Shown here: one piece after another, positions 1-15,000 of the stretch | Layout: every line of letters starts with the position of its first letter | Position numbering within the stretch: the stretch's first letter is position 1 | Assembly: GCA_964354795.1 (NCBI GenBank) | Contig: CAYHBB010000040.1 | Location: 76,593-140,592, forward strand | DNA length: 64,000 nucleotides | DNA from: an uncultured Planctomycetales bacterium | GTDB lineage: Bacteria; Omnitrophota; Gorgyraeia; Gygaellales; Profunditerraquicolaceae | Reading direction: 5' to 3' | The notes under the pieces: model-generated | Told to the model about the DNA's origin: nothing | Databases searched by the model: none | The model's input: the letters and a program-made list of their open reading frames with translations, nothing else | Translations under genes and position numbers: made by a program

Positions 1-3000
1 TCCGCCGTCTAATAAGACTGAATTTGCGATTATCAATGTCGGCCTTTTGATGTCATCGGGGTCTACGGGACTGACCCTGCCTACTTCTTGACGCGCCTGC
101 CTGATCGCCAGCTTTAAATCCCCGGGGTTCCAGTACTCAACCGCGTACAAAGAACGTTTGATCTTAACGTCTTGGCGCAAGATGCGGGACAGGCGCCGGT
201 ATAGAGTCCGGTAGTTGCCGTGCTTACGCACTTCATTTCTGATGAACCTGCCTCTTGTCTTAACCAGATGTTTAAACAACTGCTCCTGCCGGCCGGTGAT
301 TACATCATTTACGGTTATGACCATATTCCTGTAGCCGACATAGGCATCCGGATAACGCCCGGACTTCTTATCTTTAGGACGGGGCAATAAATGTTGTGTC
401 CCGTCGACCATGATAATAATCGGCTGTTCGTTCAATATCCGATCATAAAGGGCGGCGCTGAAAAGATCAGGCTTGATATAATACGGCTTTTCATGGCATT
501 CGGTCGAGCCGATCCTGGCATAGTGGACTTCTACGCCGTCTTTAGCCAGATCTTTAAGGGTCGGACTGACCGCAAAACGGCCGTAACTTAAATTAGGGAC
601 CACCCAGACCGGACGGCCTATTTTATCTGCCTGTTTCTTTACCTCCATGATAAATTGCCTTAGCCTGAATGCTTCGTAAGCCGCGTACTTTACCTCTACC
701 TTCTCAACATGGCTTAATTGCACCTTTGTCCCCCGGTTGTTAAAATTTTTCAGGATCACTAAATATTCCTTAAAGCTGTATCTGTGCGGCTGTTTGAGCG
801 TCCTGTCCACGAGGCCCCTGAAAGTGGTATATTCCAGGTTGACGCTTAATTCATCATGAGGGTCAAAGGACATCTCTGCGGACTTAAACTTGCGCCTGAC
901 CTCACCCCAGCCTTTTATGGCCTCGTCGATCTTATTTTGTTGAGCCTGCCTTATCAGCTCCCGCATCAGATACTCTGTAGGTTCAAAACCTTTTATGCAA
1001 AGCTCTTTTAAGGCGTATACGGCCATCCTGAATTCAGAAGGATTACGGGTTAAATCAACTACCAAAGGTAACATTTTGTTCAAGGCAAAAGTGGGGTTCC
1101 TGCCGGAATCAACTAAAGCTATCCCTAAGGATAGCGCTTCATTTAGCTCTTCTATGTTTCGGGTAACTCTGGATACGCAAGGCAAAGTATCCTTCATGAT
1201 CTCATGATAATCATAATGCTTATTTTTCATCGAAAGCGCGAACTTCTCAGCAATACCGAGGCCTTGGATGAAAACATCTTTCTCTTTTCCTTTGGAGAGA
1301 ATAGCGCTTAAGCTATATTTAAACACGTGGCGGGGATTTATACCTACATTCTTCAGGCGCGCCGAGCTGTTTAAAAGTTCAATCAACCGCATATCCAATA
1401 TCCGCTTATTAAGCGTAAGCAAGATCTCTATTAAAACCTGATATGGCTCATTATCCTCGACTTTGCCCTCTTTGACTTTACTGTAGATTTCGCTGAGGAT
1501 GATTAACTTATTTCTTGGCCCTTTAAGAAAACTCAGCGTATTTTTTATTTGTAAGTAGATATGGATGGTTTTTGCGAATTTTACGCCCAGCGCTATCAAT
1601 AAAACCGGGATCGCTATTGCTAAAACTATTGCAATATAATGAACAGGCAGCATGCCCAGAAAACAAACGGGAACAATGCCAAGGAATGTGTTCGGCGACA
1701 GGGCTTCTGCCTTCCTGATCCCTTTTAATATTTTCAGGGTAGCCTGCCAGGATCTCGCGCCCACCAAATCTTCGGAGAATCTTACTCCCAGCCTTTGTAA
1801 ATTCTGCAGCGCCTCGCCTTCCGGCTTTCTGCCTACGGAGACTATGCTTGCATGCGGCAAAGCGCTGATGACATCCGCATCCAGCGCTCCGGCAGAAAAA
1901 GAATCCCCTATAAAAAGCACTTGCTCTAAAGGGATACTCTGCCTGATATCTTTTTCAATGCTCCTTAAGAAGTGCTCTGCCGCTTTTGCCTTACTGACTC
2001 CGCCGATGAGCACGTGAATCGTCCTCTTACCCCCCAGCCTGGGAACCAGATGCCAGCCACGTTCAAGGAATAGATCGGTCAACGCATCAATGGCCCTGCC
2101 CCTATCTAAGACATGGTCGATGGTGATAACCCCTTGGCGTTCCGGGCCGGTCAGGCGAACATGTTGCCCCAACCTTGCGGCTACAGCTTTCCTGACGGCC
2201 TCAGGATCAACGGACAAAACCGTATTCTCTGTAGCGTCATAAATTGCCTGACTAAGCAGCATTCCCTCATCATCGAATCTGTAGCATTTTGCTCCTACTG
2301 CCGGATAAAGTACAAGATTCTTCAGTAAATGTCTTTTCTCTTGCCAATTCTGAGAAATCGGTTCAAGGATATATCTAGCGATCTCATCTATTCCCTGTGT
2401 AGTAATCAAGGCTATCCGCGTCCCCTGCTCTAGCAATCCGAAAAGCTCTTCTAAAATGCCAGTGTCGATGACAGAGGTAGTGTCGGTAATGGTCCTATCA
2501 ATATCAAAGATCATCACTGAATACGGTTTGAGCAACCTAACAGGCCCTGCTTCAGATTTTGGCTCTTCTCTGGCTACGGGAGCTTCTACCCTAGGCTTGG
2601 CGGTTTGCGGCTGCTTGAGTTGTTTTATAAGGATACTATTCTCTTGCTTAAGCCCGGCTATTAACTGGCTGGCTTTACGCCATCTATAGGCCATGTAAAG
2701 AGACAAGGCGCCTAAGACAGACAAAACGACCATTAGGGCATTTCGGTTATCGTTTGTTCCACAACCTGGTTTCAAAGGCTGTATTTTAGGCGTAACTGTG
2801 ATATTTTCAATATTTGAAGCAGCTATGACAGGAGAAACTACGGGGATTTTCTGCTCAACAACCGACTCTTCTATTTTGGTATCAATAGGCGGCAACTCGA
2901 CAGCCGGCGCCTCAAGCGGGATGGTCAATATGTTGCCTGGATGGATAACCGCAGGATCAGCTATTTGGGAATTGGCTGTAACAACAGCATTGGTAAAAAC

Positions 3001-6000
3001 GTGCCAGGGGCATTTATCACTATAATCATTCTTCCAGATATTCCATAAACTGTCGCCTTCCTTGACAATGATAGTATCAGCCGCCCTCTTTTGTGGCTGA
3101 GCAACGGATTCCGCGTTTACCAAAGATGCAAATAAAGTTGAGGTAAGGATTGTAGCCAGCGATAGAAAACCGAGCAGCTCAATAAAAGTTTGGCCGCTGA
3201 CAACCTTTGCGCCCCTAATATAGCGTTGCTCAGGGATCGTTCCATCGCTAAGGGTATTGCGCAGCCGGTTATCTCTTGCAGGACCATGTGGTGCCGGACT
3301 GTCCAGCCCTTTGGTCACCGACCAGAAAAGAATATCCTTGGACGCTCCGATAAAAATAGAACGGTATGTATTCTCTCCTACGAGAAAAGTTATCTCTACA
3401 AAATTATATTCAGCATTAGTATGGACAATTTTGTAGTGGGCATTGATGATGATCTCCAGCGCCTTCTTCAATGGTATATCTGTCCCGCTTAAATCTTTTT
3501 CGGTCAACCCGCCACTGACAAAATCCTGAGCGATTCTTTCCTCTGATTCTCCCGTAGCCCTGGCAAGCTGCATTATCAGGGAATGCTGCATAAGCTTATC
3601 TTTTAAGGGAAGATTCGTTTTGATCTTATTCGCGCCTTCCTGTGGTTTCGCCTTGGACTTTCTTGCTGCTGCAACTACGAAAATCAGCCCTGCTACCACT
3701 AATACGCCAAAACCTACCACTAACCAAAACGGAAAACCCAGAATATTCGACGGAATCGTTGCAGTAATAGTAGTTATTGAGGCAACTAACGCAAAATCCA
3801 AAGGCACAATGGAAAAAATACCTTCCGGGCGGGGATGGGTTTCTGCGGACGATTGAGGATCTGCTGGTAATGAAGAATCAGGCATAGAGGATTTCTTTAA
3901 CAAATCAGCTACCTGAGCGGTTAACTGCGAGTTTCTAAAAGGCTTATGCATTATGGCATCTATAACAGTAAGATCCAAACCCCTGATCACATAACCGGAG
4001 ATCAATATAACCGGTATATTTTTATTCTTCGCCTTTACCTCTTTAGCTAATTCTCCGCCGTTTTTACCGCCGGGCATTTGAAAATCAGTTATGACTAGGT
4101 CAATATTTTCTACCCCTAATATCTTAAGCGCCTCTTCGGCATTAAGGGCGGTCAAAATATCATATCCTTCGCCACTTAACACCGCATCAAAAGTGCGCAA
4201 GATCATGGGTTGATCATCCACGAACAGTATTTTCTTCTTAGCGACAGATCCGGATTCAGTGATATCTTGAGAAAGCTGAATGGCCCCGTTTCTCGTTGAG
4301 TCCTCTTCTTCCTTCTGCGTATTCACGGGCTGAAGGCTGGGGATGACTTCCGAGGCGGGTTTGAAAACGCTTATCTCGGCAGAGCTTTGCCTGGCCTCGT
4401 CAGCAGCGCACTCCATTATCTTCGAAGACATTGCAGAAATAGGGATTCTCTGGTGCGGTATTCCGGCTCTGGCTATGCTATCCGGCATCTCTTCACAATA
4501 CCTGCTCCCATCTTTTGCAATTTCGCTTGGCGTAATATGCTGGACAAGAACTATGCCTCCGTTGCCCGCAATTTCTTTCGCTCCCGCCGTTCCATCCGAT
4601 CTCAAGCCTGATAAAACAACACAAATAACATCCTTATTGAATTCTGCTGCTGCCGATTTAAATAACAGGTCGATGGGAGAATACGCAATAACCTTACTTC
4701 TCCTAATGACCTCCCCACTAGCCGCGCTATCGAATAAAACCATAACTACCGGATAGCCGTTGTTATCTTTTTCAATCCAAGCATCCCGGCTAGTAACAAG
4801 TATCATCCCGCGCTCTAAATAGAACCTCTTTGGCGAATCCACACTTGGTTCACACAAAATGATCTTTCTCGACTTGTTTTGCTGAACAAATTCGGTAAAT
4901 GCGGCATAGCAGGGCCGTAAGTGTTCGTTAATTATGACCGGGGGATGATCCTGCGGCAATCCTTCAATTATCTCTTCGATCGCTTCATATCCACTGCGAG
5001 ACGCGCCGATCACGATTACCTTTCCTTTGTAGTCGATTGGCTTATGCGTGTCCGCTTGAGGAGTGGAAATTACTGTACCGAGAAGTATTGGTAGAATCGC
5101 AAGTGCCGCAATCGGCCCGGCGGTGGCTAGAATACTTGTGCCGATGCCGGCAAGGGCAAGCTTAATCGCGGCCCAATGCGGCGCGATAAAAAACGTTATC
5201 AGCGCGCCTACCGCCACCAACCCAATGAGCGCGATCAGGCTTACCCCGAGCTTAGTCGAGGGGCCTTGGCCTTCCTTCGGGGACACCCTTCCGATTTCCG
5301 CCAAAATTCTTGGCGGACTCGCCGCGTTTTGTGGCGAGGGCTCCCTGGCTGTCCCTTTTGCCATGAGGCCCCTTAACCTGATTAACTCATCACGGAATTG
5401 CTTTAGTGAAGAATACGCGCCGCTTCTTACCTCCCGGTGAAAAGCGCTAACTTCGCCGATCAGCCTTTGATTAACAGCTGTGTCATCAGAGAATCTTAGG
5501 CCGGGGATGATTTCCTCTATGAGCCTTCCTCCTTGCTCCCACAAAGCCGCATTAAAAAGCAAGCATTCTAGCTTAGGATAAATAGATAATTCCGTTTTTT
5601 TGTAATCAATAAAAATAACGTCTCCATTAGCAGTGACAATTTCATTATTGTCATTAATATCCCATATGCCGCGCACCCCTTTTTCCTCAAGATAGATGCA
5701 GATCTCGGTGATTTTTATCACGATATTAAATACCTCATCAACATATTCGCTAAGCGGCCTGCCTTTATATTTAAGAAAATGATGCGAGAAATCCCTGCCT
5801 TCTACATAAGGATAGACTATCGCCTCAGAATAGATATACGTATCATAATCGTCGGAGCTGATCCATAATCTCTTTCCGGGGTTTAATTCCGGCCTTGCGG
5901 TCATTCTGCGGGGACGATACACTTGAGAGTAATCGCCGCCTATCCTGTCAAAAGCCTCCTCTATGCCGTCACAGTGCGCCGTGTCGGAACAACCTTCCCG

Positions 6001-9000
6001 CTCTGTTTCAAGCTTGCGAATAACCACTAATTTCGCGGTATCCTCATCTACAGCTAAGTCCAGGCGCCGGGTATCTAACCGTCCGAAAGTACCGAGGATA
6101 AGGTATCTTTTATTTTCCTCCCCAAAGCTAAGCACTAACTCTTCGCATGGTTCTGGGGCCAGAACAATCCCTACCGGCCTTTCCCTGTTGACCGCTATGC
6201 GCATTAGTTCCGCGATCATCCTGTTCCTGCGGGACCTGTCCTCAAAGAAGAACCTAAACAGGTCCTCCGTGAACGCATCAGGCCTGTTTTTCATCCAGAA
6301 GAACAGCTCATCAAAACTCTCCCATTTCAGATCTTCCACTTCCCAAGAGCCGGGATTAGCCTTATCAAGCCTGGCCATTTCCTCGGCGATCCTATCCGCG
6401 TTCCCCTGTAGCTCATAATGTATCTGTGCCAGCGTTTCCGCCCTTCCTTTTATCCTGGACATTTCTTCTTCGGTCATGGGCAGGATAAAAAACGCCCTTC
6501 TTTCCTTATTGGAATCAGTTTCTGAATCATAAATAAATTCCCCGGGGACTCCCACCGGAATAAGCCTCTGCTTTAATCTTTCCTTAAATGTATCTGTCAA
6601 CTCCTCTTGGTCATATATATGCATCTGCTTTGTGACTTTATTGACAACTGAATCCAAATAACTAAAACCCGCCTCCAGATGCCCGCCGAATATTGTCCAT
6701 AAGTGGGGGTATTTCTTGAATCCTGCGCGCTGCTGCAGGATAAGGCCAAAATCCGGGGTTACCAGGGCGACATTTGCGGTCCTGTGCCAAAGGCCGGCGG
6801 CTTCAGCGATATTCTTATCTGCCTGGCCGATTACCTTTTCTTGGCCGGTAGTTGAGTTAGGGTCCAAAATATCGATTATTCTTCCGCTAGGATATAGAAA
6901 CGCAGGGTCCTCCTGCGGCAGGCGCAGCCTTCTTACAATTTCTTCGATCTTTTCTGCTTCAACGCCCAAGGATTTAAGATTTTCTCTTACTTGATCCAAC
7001 GCGCAGGCGCCAAGAAGGGCCTCTTTGCTTTTTTGCGCTTCCTCCCTTTCGCCGTACAGCTCTTCGTAATGGTTCATGACGCCGTTCATGATGCCGGAGA
7101 TCTGCTCCATCGTAGTATCGAACGGCATCTCGCATGTTAACCCGAGGAGAAAACGGTCGCGGTGCGCAAAGCGATCCATAATGGAGGATACTTCAGCCGT
7201 CAGCTCGGCAGGATCTTTCGCGGGAGTTATCTGTGAAGCCATGATGTTACCGATAAGATAATTTCCGGAAGCGGTAAGGACTTCGTACGCCTTTTCGAGA
7301 TCGACCTCCTCGTCGATGCTGTAGGCGTCGACGTTAAGGCCGGTCATGTTCGACAAAAACGGCGTCGAATCGCCGCAACCGTGGAAAATGACACCGATGC
7401 CCTTCGCCTTCGCCGCGGCGGCTACGGCGTTCACACGCCGCGTGATGCAATCGTCGTAATACGACGGCGTCATGATGGCGGTCGAAGGCTCAAGGATGAC
7501 GATAGCGTCCGCGCCGGCCGCGGCATACGCCTCGGCCTCCTGAGCAGAGACCTTTACGCAATAATCGAGGAGCGCCCCGAATGTCTCGGGATCGTCAAGC
7601 ATCGCCATGGCGGCATCCGCTTCGCCCACCAGGCGCGCGGCGAGAGTGAACGGCCCGATCACGTAGCCGACCTTAGCGACCTTGTTGCCGTATTCCACGC
7701 TGAGCGCGGCCATGGCGTTTATGAATACGCCGGTGCGGCCGTCCCTGTCGATCATCGGAAGTTTCAGTTTCGCGATATTCTCCTTCGTCAGAGTAAACGC
7801 CGGCCCAAATAACCTGCCTTCCTGGTCGATATGTTTCGGCCCGAAAACGGACCGTACCGGAAGCGCGCCGCTCTCTTTATTCGCCTGATAAACGGCCTCC
7901 GGCCATGATGAAAGATCCATCATCGTAAATACTACGTCGAGCCTGAGAGAATCCTGGACGAACCGTATAACCTCAGCCTGCTTTGACGGATCGGTGGCAA
8001 GATCCTTTACCGAATAGTCTTTACGCTCGTGTTCGTTAAAAAATTTCACTCCGCCGAAACTTATAAGCGGCATCCACATGGCTCTATTGCGCATATCGTC
8101 AAAGGTGATCCTTGCGGCTTCGGGCGCCGGAGCCGCTTCGCCTTTATCGACCCTGCCCCCGTCCAACGTCTCGCGCACCACCGCCCCCAGCATGCAGGCG
8201 CCAAGGATTAGCGGCAGGCTGTTCGGCGCGACAAACGCCGCCAACGCGCCCAGCGCCACAAACTCAAGCAACGCAATCATGCCTTGGCCAGACGCAGGGG
8301 ACACCCTTTCGATTGGCTTGATGGGTGTCCCTTGATTGGGTTCATGGGTGTCCCCATCTTGACAGAAGGAAGAACGCAGGACATACACAAAGGTCTCTTC
8401 TTGGATAAATACAGGCGCTCCCTCGCCCATATCATTCCATTCGCGGGACTTGACTTGGCGCTTATACGGCCCAAACTTAAAATAAGAATGATTTTCCCTG
8501 CCGGAAAACTCCTTTATTTTACTTTCGATTACGCGCGAAGCCTCAACTGAACAATGATCATCCGGGAATACTGAATGCCGGAAAATAACCCTTGCCTGCG
8601 CGACGAGATACTCCTGGACATTCGCAAAGAAACATTCAACATGTTCCTTATATACATATCTGTACCCGCCGTCAACAGACCTATCCCAACCGTCGACTGG
8701 AGAAGGAGTAAAGACAATAAGGTTAAATCTCCTTCCTTCCAGCCCCTGGAATAGATCTCCGCAGACAAACTCAAGCCTGCCCGGATTTGCGTTATTGTAA
8801 CCTAAGCTTTCGGCATTGGCCCGGGCGCAATCGACCGCCGCCTCTTTTACATCTGTAAATGTCACATGGCCGGCTCCCCGGCTAAGCATGATCAATCCTA
8901 ATATGCCTGAACCCGTGCCCAGATCAAGGCAGCGCTGGCCCGAGATGTCCCTGCCTAAGCGCTTTGCGATCACCCCTGTCAGCATGCCGCTGGGGGTGTA

Positions 9001-12000
9001 GACATCTCCCCCTGAAATTACGTACCCATCAAGTTCGGCTACATAGACACTCTCCCTCTGACGATAACTATACCTGCTTTTCAATGGTACCGGAAAATCC
9101 TTAGGCCTGGCGGAAGGCTTATTTCTTTTTATTCTGATCTTCTGGAAACTTCCTTCTTTCGACCATCGACGGGCGAGAGATTCCGGGACAAAAACATCTT
9201 CAGAATCTGAGAGGCTGCAGCACAATAAAAGCAGAGCTAATGCAAGAAAACTTAAATTGCCTGCGGAGACCACTGGCAAAGCTAAAAAATGTGCCAGCGC
9301 TCCGAGAGCCACCAGACCCGTTAGAAATACCAAAACGCTTACCTTGCTGACCAAAATTTCTAACGGGGCCAGCCCAAGGAGAGCAATCAGGATTGCCCCG
9401 AGCTTAGCCGGGGGGCTTTGGCCGGAAGATGAAACCCGGCCCTGTCTTTCCTGCATTGCCTTCTGCATTGCTTCGGCTAAAAACCTACAGGAATCCTCCC
9501 AGATGACACCTTTATTTATGTATAGGACAATTACCCCTTCTTTTCCTTTTAGTCTTTCCTGAACAATCTCTTTTGAACCATCGGTCCTCAAAATAACAAA
9601 AGTATCGGGCTTTATAGTTTTAATTTCCGACGCAAGCTGATCCCCATCCATTGTACACATATGCAAATCAGTAATAGCTATATCAAAGGGGCCTTGTCCG
9701 CTTTTGAATATTTCTATTGCCTCCTCTGCGCTATGTGCCGAGACAATGATGAATGCTGGATCGATCTTTCTTAATTGCCTGACCAGCAATTCTAAATCTT
9801 CTTCAGCATGTTCTATGACTAAAATTTTAATTGGAATATTTATATGTTGTGCGGATTGAATAGTTGCGGCGATAAAGAGGAGGCCGAGGCCAAGCGCCGC
9901 AATTGGTGGGCCGTGGTGCATGAATGCGCCGGCGATGGCAAGCTTAACCGCAGCCCAATGTGGCGCGATGACAAAAGCCGTCAGCGCGCCAAAGGCCATC
10001 AGCCCAAGAAGCGCGATCAGGCCCTGGCCACTGCGTGATCTATTTATCGAAGCACTGCCGGCCTTTCTTTCCACATACTCATCCACCGCTTTTAAGAATG
10101 CCCTGTTTTTCTTTGATTCAAGATAATAAAATGTATAGGCGTGCAATGGTCCCGCGGCGGAATCCATAATCTCTTTTTTCTTTAACCCAAACTTGGTCAA
10201 TTTATCAAAGAAACCTACTGCTGACCAAAGTTTGTCTTCGCAGGCTTCCGCGTGAATGGCGCCGTTGCCTATCTTCTGGCTTAAGGCTGCCGCAGCCTGC
10301 ACAAGCCTTGTGCCTACATAAGACAGCCCATTTTTGTTACCGGATGACCTTTGATGTTGCGGCTTGACGTCAACGGAACCGATAGCAAGCGCGTTATCCC
10401 TGTCGGGATACTCATAGTAATCCAGCACCTCCCTGTCAAATTTAAGGATCCCGGCCACTTTCTCCTTAGCGGTCAATACCAGCTCTTCCGATTCAAGATT
10501 AAGGAATCCGCGTATGATACAGGGCACTTTATTTCCGGCATCATCAATGACAAAAGTATCCTGCCTGAACCTGAAAAGCCCCCTGCGCAAAGCGCTAAGC
10601 GGATCGCTTATTGCTTCAAGTTTCAATCCTGCAGGCATCATGAGGGACAATTCTTTTTCCGCCTCGCTGGCAGAAGTAAAGTGCCTAGAAGGTATACCGC
10701 AGGATTCTGCGTTTACGACAAAATCCTGCCTGTCATCAAAATAAAGCATTTGCGAAGGCTGCACATAAAATTCCTGCTCGGTAAGCAGTAAGAATTTACG
10801 GAATATCTGCGCCCCGTCTCCCTTTCTAATACCCATCTCATAGGAGGCGTAAATACGGTCTGCCGCGCTTAACACTTCATATTTCCGCTTCAAATATGCA
10901 AGATGCATATGATTGGTATCGCTTAGGAAAGCCACTTTGATTCCGCAAGCCTTGAGCTTTTTTATCAGGTCAGCCGTATCCTGCCTTAGCTCGTATGAGC
11001 CGTTCCAGATACGCTTAAACGTCGCAAAATCAACACCCTCCAATTGAAGCTCTTCGGACATCTGCGCTACGAACTTACTTGTCGAGACCTCTCCTCTTTC
11101 GTAGCTGTGGTAGACGCCTGAATCCCTTAAAATAGCCGTTACCTCTTCTACTGTCTTATTGGTAAAGCCTTCTTTTACGAATCTCTCAGCTACCCTTTTA
11201 AAATCAAAATAGACAACAACGTTTCCAATATCAAAGACTACAAACCTTAACCTATCTGTGGATTTCTTAGAAACTGAAGAGGAAGTGTGCGTGGAAGACA
11301 CCGCTGCGGCAAGGAACGGGAGGAAAGCTATCGAAGCCAGTGGCCCGGCAATGGCAGGATGGCTCGCAAGACCAATGATGGCCGCCAGCAAGCCCAACCC
11401 TGCGAAACCAAAAAGTATAAAACACGCTAAATTATGATCAAACCAACCATGCGATCTTCCATTGGAAGAAGTGCGTTCGAGGATCTTCTGCTGATAGTGC
11501 TTTATCCAATAAAAAGCGTTATTAAGCCTCTTCTCCTGCTTTTTGGGATCCAACGCTTCTTTTAAAAAATCCACCCCGTCTTTACTTATATCAGATTTTT
11601 CTGACGCCTTAATAATAGTGTCCCTGTACTTGATGAAGGCCTGCAAGACCAGAATCTGTGTTTGTGAAGCCCTGATCTCATCCTCCTCGAATCTTAACGC
11701 CCCATACTTGATCTCATTAAGCATGTGGCCGTAAGCCTCATGGACAAAATCAGCCAGCATCACCGACGGATCATTTAAAACATTTTCATTAAGAATGATC
11801 ATATAGCTGTTTGAATTCGTTCTTTTGCTGAATATCTCAATATGTAACCCTGCAGGAGCTCGCCCTTCAAATCCCTGCGGGATATACCCTTTGCTGAATT
11901 TATAAAGCTGGACCATTTGCTCATCCGAGGCCCTGCATATACGCAGCCTATCGGTTTTCCAAAGCTCCAACACCAAGGTCAAATCAGCTTCCCCGGAGAA

Positions 12001-15000
12001 AGCGCCAACCATAGCCATCGCGACCTTGATCAGATCCAGTTTCTCTTCTTCGATCGCCTGAGCGGATACTTTTTCCAACAACTTTAATTCTTCCAGCTTA
12101 GCATCCTTAGGGCTCAATATTCTTCTGCCAAAATCATCCTTCATACCAAGCCCATTGACAGAGAGCTTAACAACCAATTTTACTCCAAGCAATGCTGCGA
12201 CAAGCGCCAAAACAGAAGCGATTACCGTTACTTTAGGTTTTCTGAAGAAAGCGAACACGCGGCTTCGGTCGGCGATTTTTGCCGCATTGATCAACCGCCC
12301 TGCTTCCTGATGGGGGCTGGGCCGGTCTTTTAAGGAATGCTCTATGACTTCGTGGATTAAGTCTTCTTTTGCTTCTTGGGTTTCTTTCTGGAAAGAACTC
12401 AGGCTTTCTTCGGTAACGATCAGGGTGATTTTTCCGTCAATGCTGATGATGACTGCGCCAAAATCCTTATCTATCCCTATTTCCCGATGCCTGACTACCG
12501 CGATACGATCAATACTTTGGACTACGGGCCCGGCGCGGATATCTTTAGCTTGAGCAAGTATTTTGCCTATCCCCTCCTGCTGCCCGGTTAAATACGCATT
12601 CACCCAAGGCATATCAACTTTGATTATTTTATTCTGCCCGAAGACTTTCTCAATTCTTTTTAGATCCTTACGTTTTAAGGCTCCAGTTTTACCGCGATTA
12701 TTTTCATCCTCTCCGGGCAATTCAGCGTCGAAAACTGTTTCCGCCTGGTTTTTCCAGAGCTTCGCTGTTTCCCCATTATGTCTCACCATTATAATCTTCC
12801 AATCAGCCCTAAAGGGATTCCAGTAATTCTGTCTTAAGTTTCCCTGAAGGATATGCGGGTACTTTCTCTTTATCCGTTCCCAGGTTGAAACATAAAACTC
12901 ATCAATGCCCATAGATCGGGCTACCTTCATGACATGCCTTATGGCAGCGTTGTTCCACACCCGGTAAGGATTCTCTTTAAGTTTTATCTGCCGCACGCCT
13001 CTGCTGGGATGCACTTCTTCAATAAAAAGAGCGGGCCTGCCGTCGCAGTAAAGATCTATTATTCCCACCCTCAGCCTTCCAAAAGAGCCATCCAGAGGAA
13101 GATAGGCATCGTACTCCGTAGGCGGGAATTCGACCAGGGCAGAAAGCTCAGGATGTCCGTCGATAAAACCTTCTTGCGGGAATATATCTGCAAACGGCAA
13201 TATCCGGTAATCAAAATCTGATTCTGTTAAATCACAGCGCGCAGGTATCATAAGGTTGCTGCCATCGCAAAACTTATATTCCCATTGGAAATCAGGATCT
13301 ACCTTTATCCTCTCAAAGAGCTCACCCGTTAATCTGTCTTTTTCTATTTGAGTCAATCCTTTTTTATCTTCCTCCGTTGCCACTCCGATGGTGCAGGCAC
13401 TAAGCATTAACGCCGCCGGCAGATAACAGGAAATAGCAGAACCAATCCCCGTGAAAACGAGCGCGGAAAAACCAAAGAAACCAAAGAGTACGAACATTAT
13501 TGGATACTGGTAGTAATAATTATAAGGCTCGAGGGTATCAATAATAATATCGGGATTACGCGGCCCATTGGTTTCCTTTGTGTACATATATTTATTCACG
13601 TGCCTGAATCGCTGCATTATCTGCCACCATTCCGGAAAACGTCCGCGCGCCCTGACCTTAAGCCGGCCCCTCCTTACTTTCTCATCCGTAACTATCACTT
13701 CGGCAAATACGTCGAGAAAACCGTTATCCTGCGGTATCCTGTTGACCCCTTCCACTATAAACACATCTACATTTGAGTTATCCTTGCATAAACCAGCGAA
13801 TGTCATCTCTGCCCATGATTCCAGAGGGGTCCTTTTTTGTTCTTTGAAGGCAGTTTTTTTGTTCATTCCGTTTGATTTCAACCAATCAAGCAGTGTATTT
13901 CTTATTAGGGTCTTACCGCTTCCGGGCTTGCCCTTGATCAGGACAACCACCGGCCTCTTGCGGCCCTTTGCCAGCTCCTCTTGAATGCGCTGCTTTAAGA
14001 CAACCAAACCCTGTCTTAAGCCAAATGCATTAGGTGAAGACAGGTAATCGGACCGGGCCATGCCAAGCAAAAACGGCGCGGCAATAGACACTGAAGCGAA
14101 TAAATTGAACCAGTGGTTTTGGGCCGCTTCCCATAAATCAAAATCAAAATTAGAAATTGATATGATCTGAGCCAGAAATGCCAAATACCAAAGCACAGCA
14201 GCGCCAAATATACCCCAGAATACCCACCGTCCAAATAGACTGAATATCTTTTTGAAATCAATATGCCAACAGCTGGGCCTATCCATTGACTCGGTTGCCT
14301 TAAAGACTTCTATTCTTAACTCCTGTGGTAGCTGAGTATAGATAGAATCATCGAGGATAGCTGCCTTTGCCCAATGTGTGATCGCTGTTTTTTCATTACC
14401 AAGAAAATAATGGATGTAGCCGAGATTTCCATGCGCCGCAGCGATATTTGGGTTACTAACCAGGACATCCTTGAAAAAGGGAATGGCTTCGTGATACCTT
14501 TCTTCTTCGCAGTATTTTAACCCCAGGTCAAATAATTCTTTTATTGTGAGCTTGGAATGCCGCAGGGTATATCTTTTTTCGCGGTTTTGACTAAGTTGAA
14601 CGCACATCCCTCCCAAGACAAAAAACGTAATAGTGGCGAGAACGCTTGTGCCGATGCCTGCCAGCGCAAACTTAATCGCGGCCCAATGCGGCGCGATAAA
14701 AAACGTTATCAGCGCGCCAATCGCCACCAGCCCAAATAGCGCAATCAGGCTTTGGCCGGAATTACCCTGCTCCTCAGTCGGCGGATTCAATGGATCATTG
14801 GAACGGTAGTGGTCAATAGAATAAATTTTTCTTATGATATGTGGATAGCGATTTTTATTTTGATATCCAGGAATAAATATATTATAACTTTTATCAATCC
14901 TTACTTCAGATACTCTGGCTAAAGACAAGAAAACCATTTTTACTTTTTGAATATGCGTTCGTAATTCATCAACTATCCCACGATCAAATTTCTTTAACCT

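Noticed and set aside
8277-8774. Other short minus-strand alternative-frame ORFs (8277..8474, 8529..8774, 14016..14261, 57914..58129 and similar) as nested genes
   Set aside because: I noticed no convincing SD, and the giant frame there encodes clear domains or TM linkers. Only 57566..57805 combines a perfect SD, a downstream hairpin and a poor-quality host frame.
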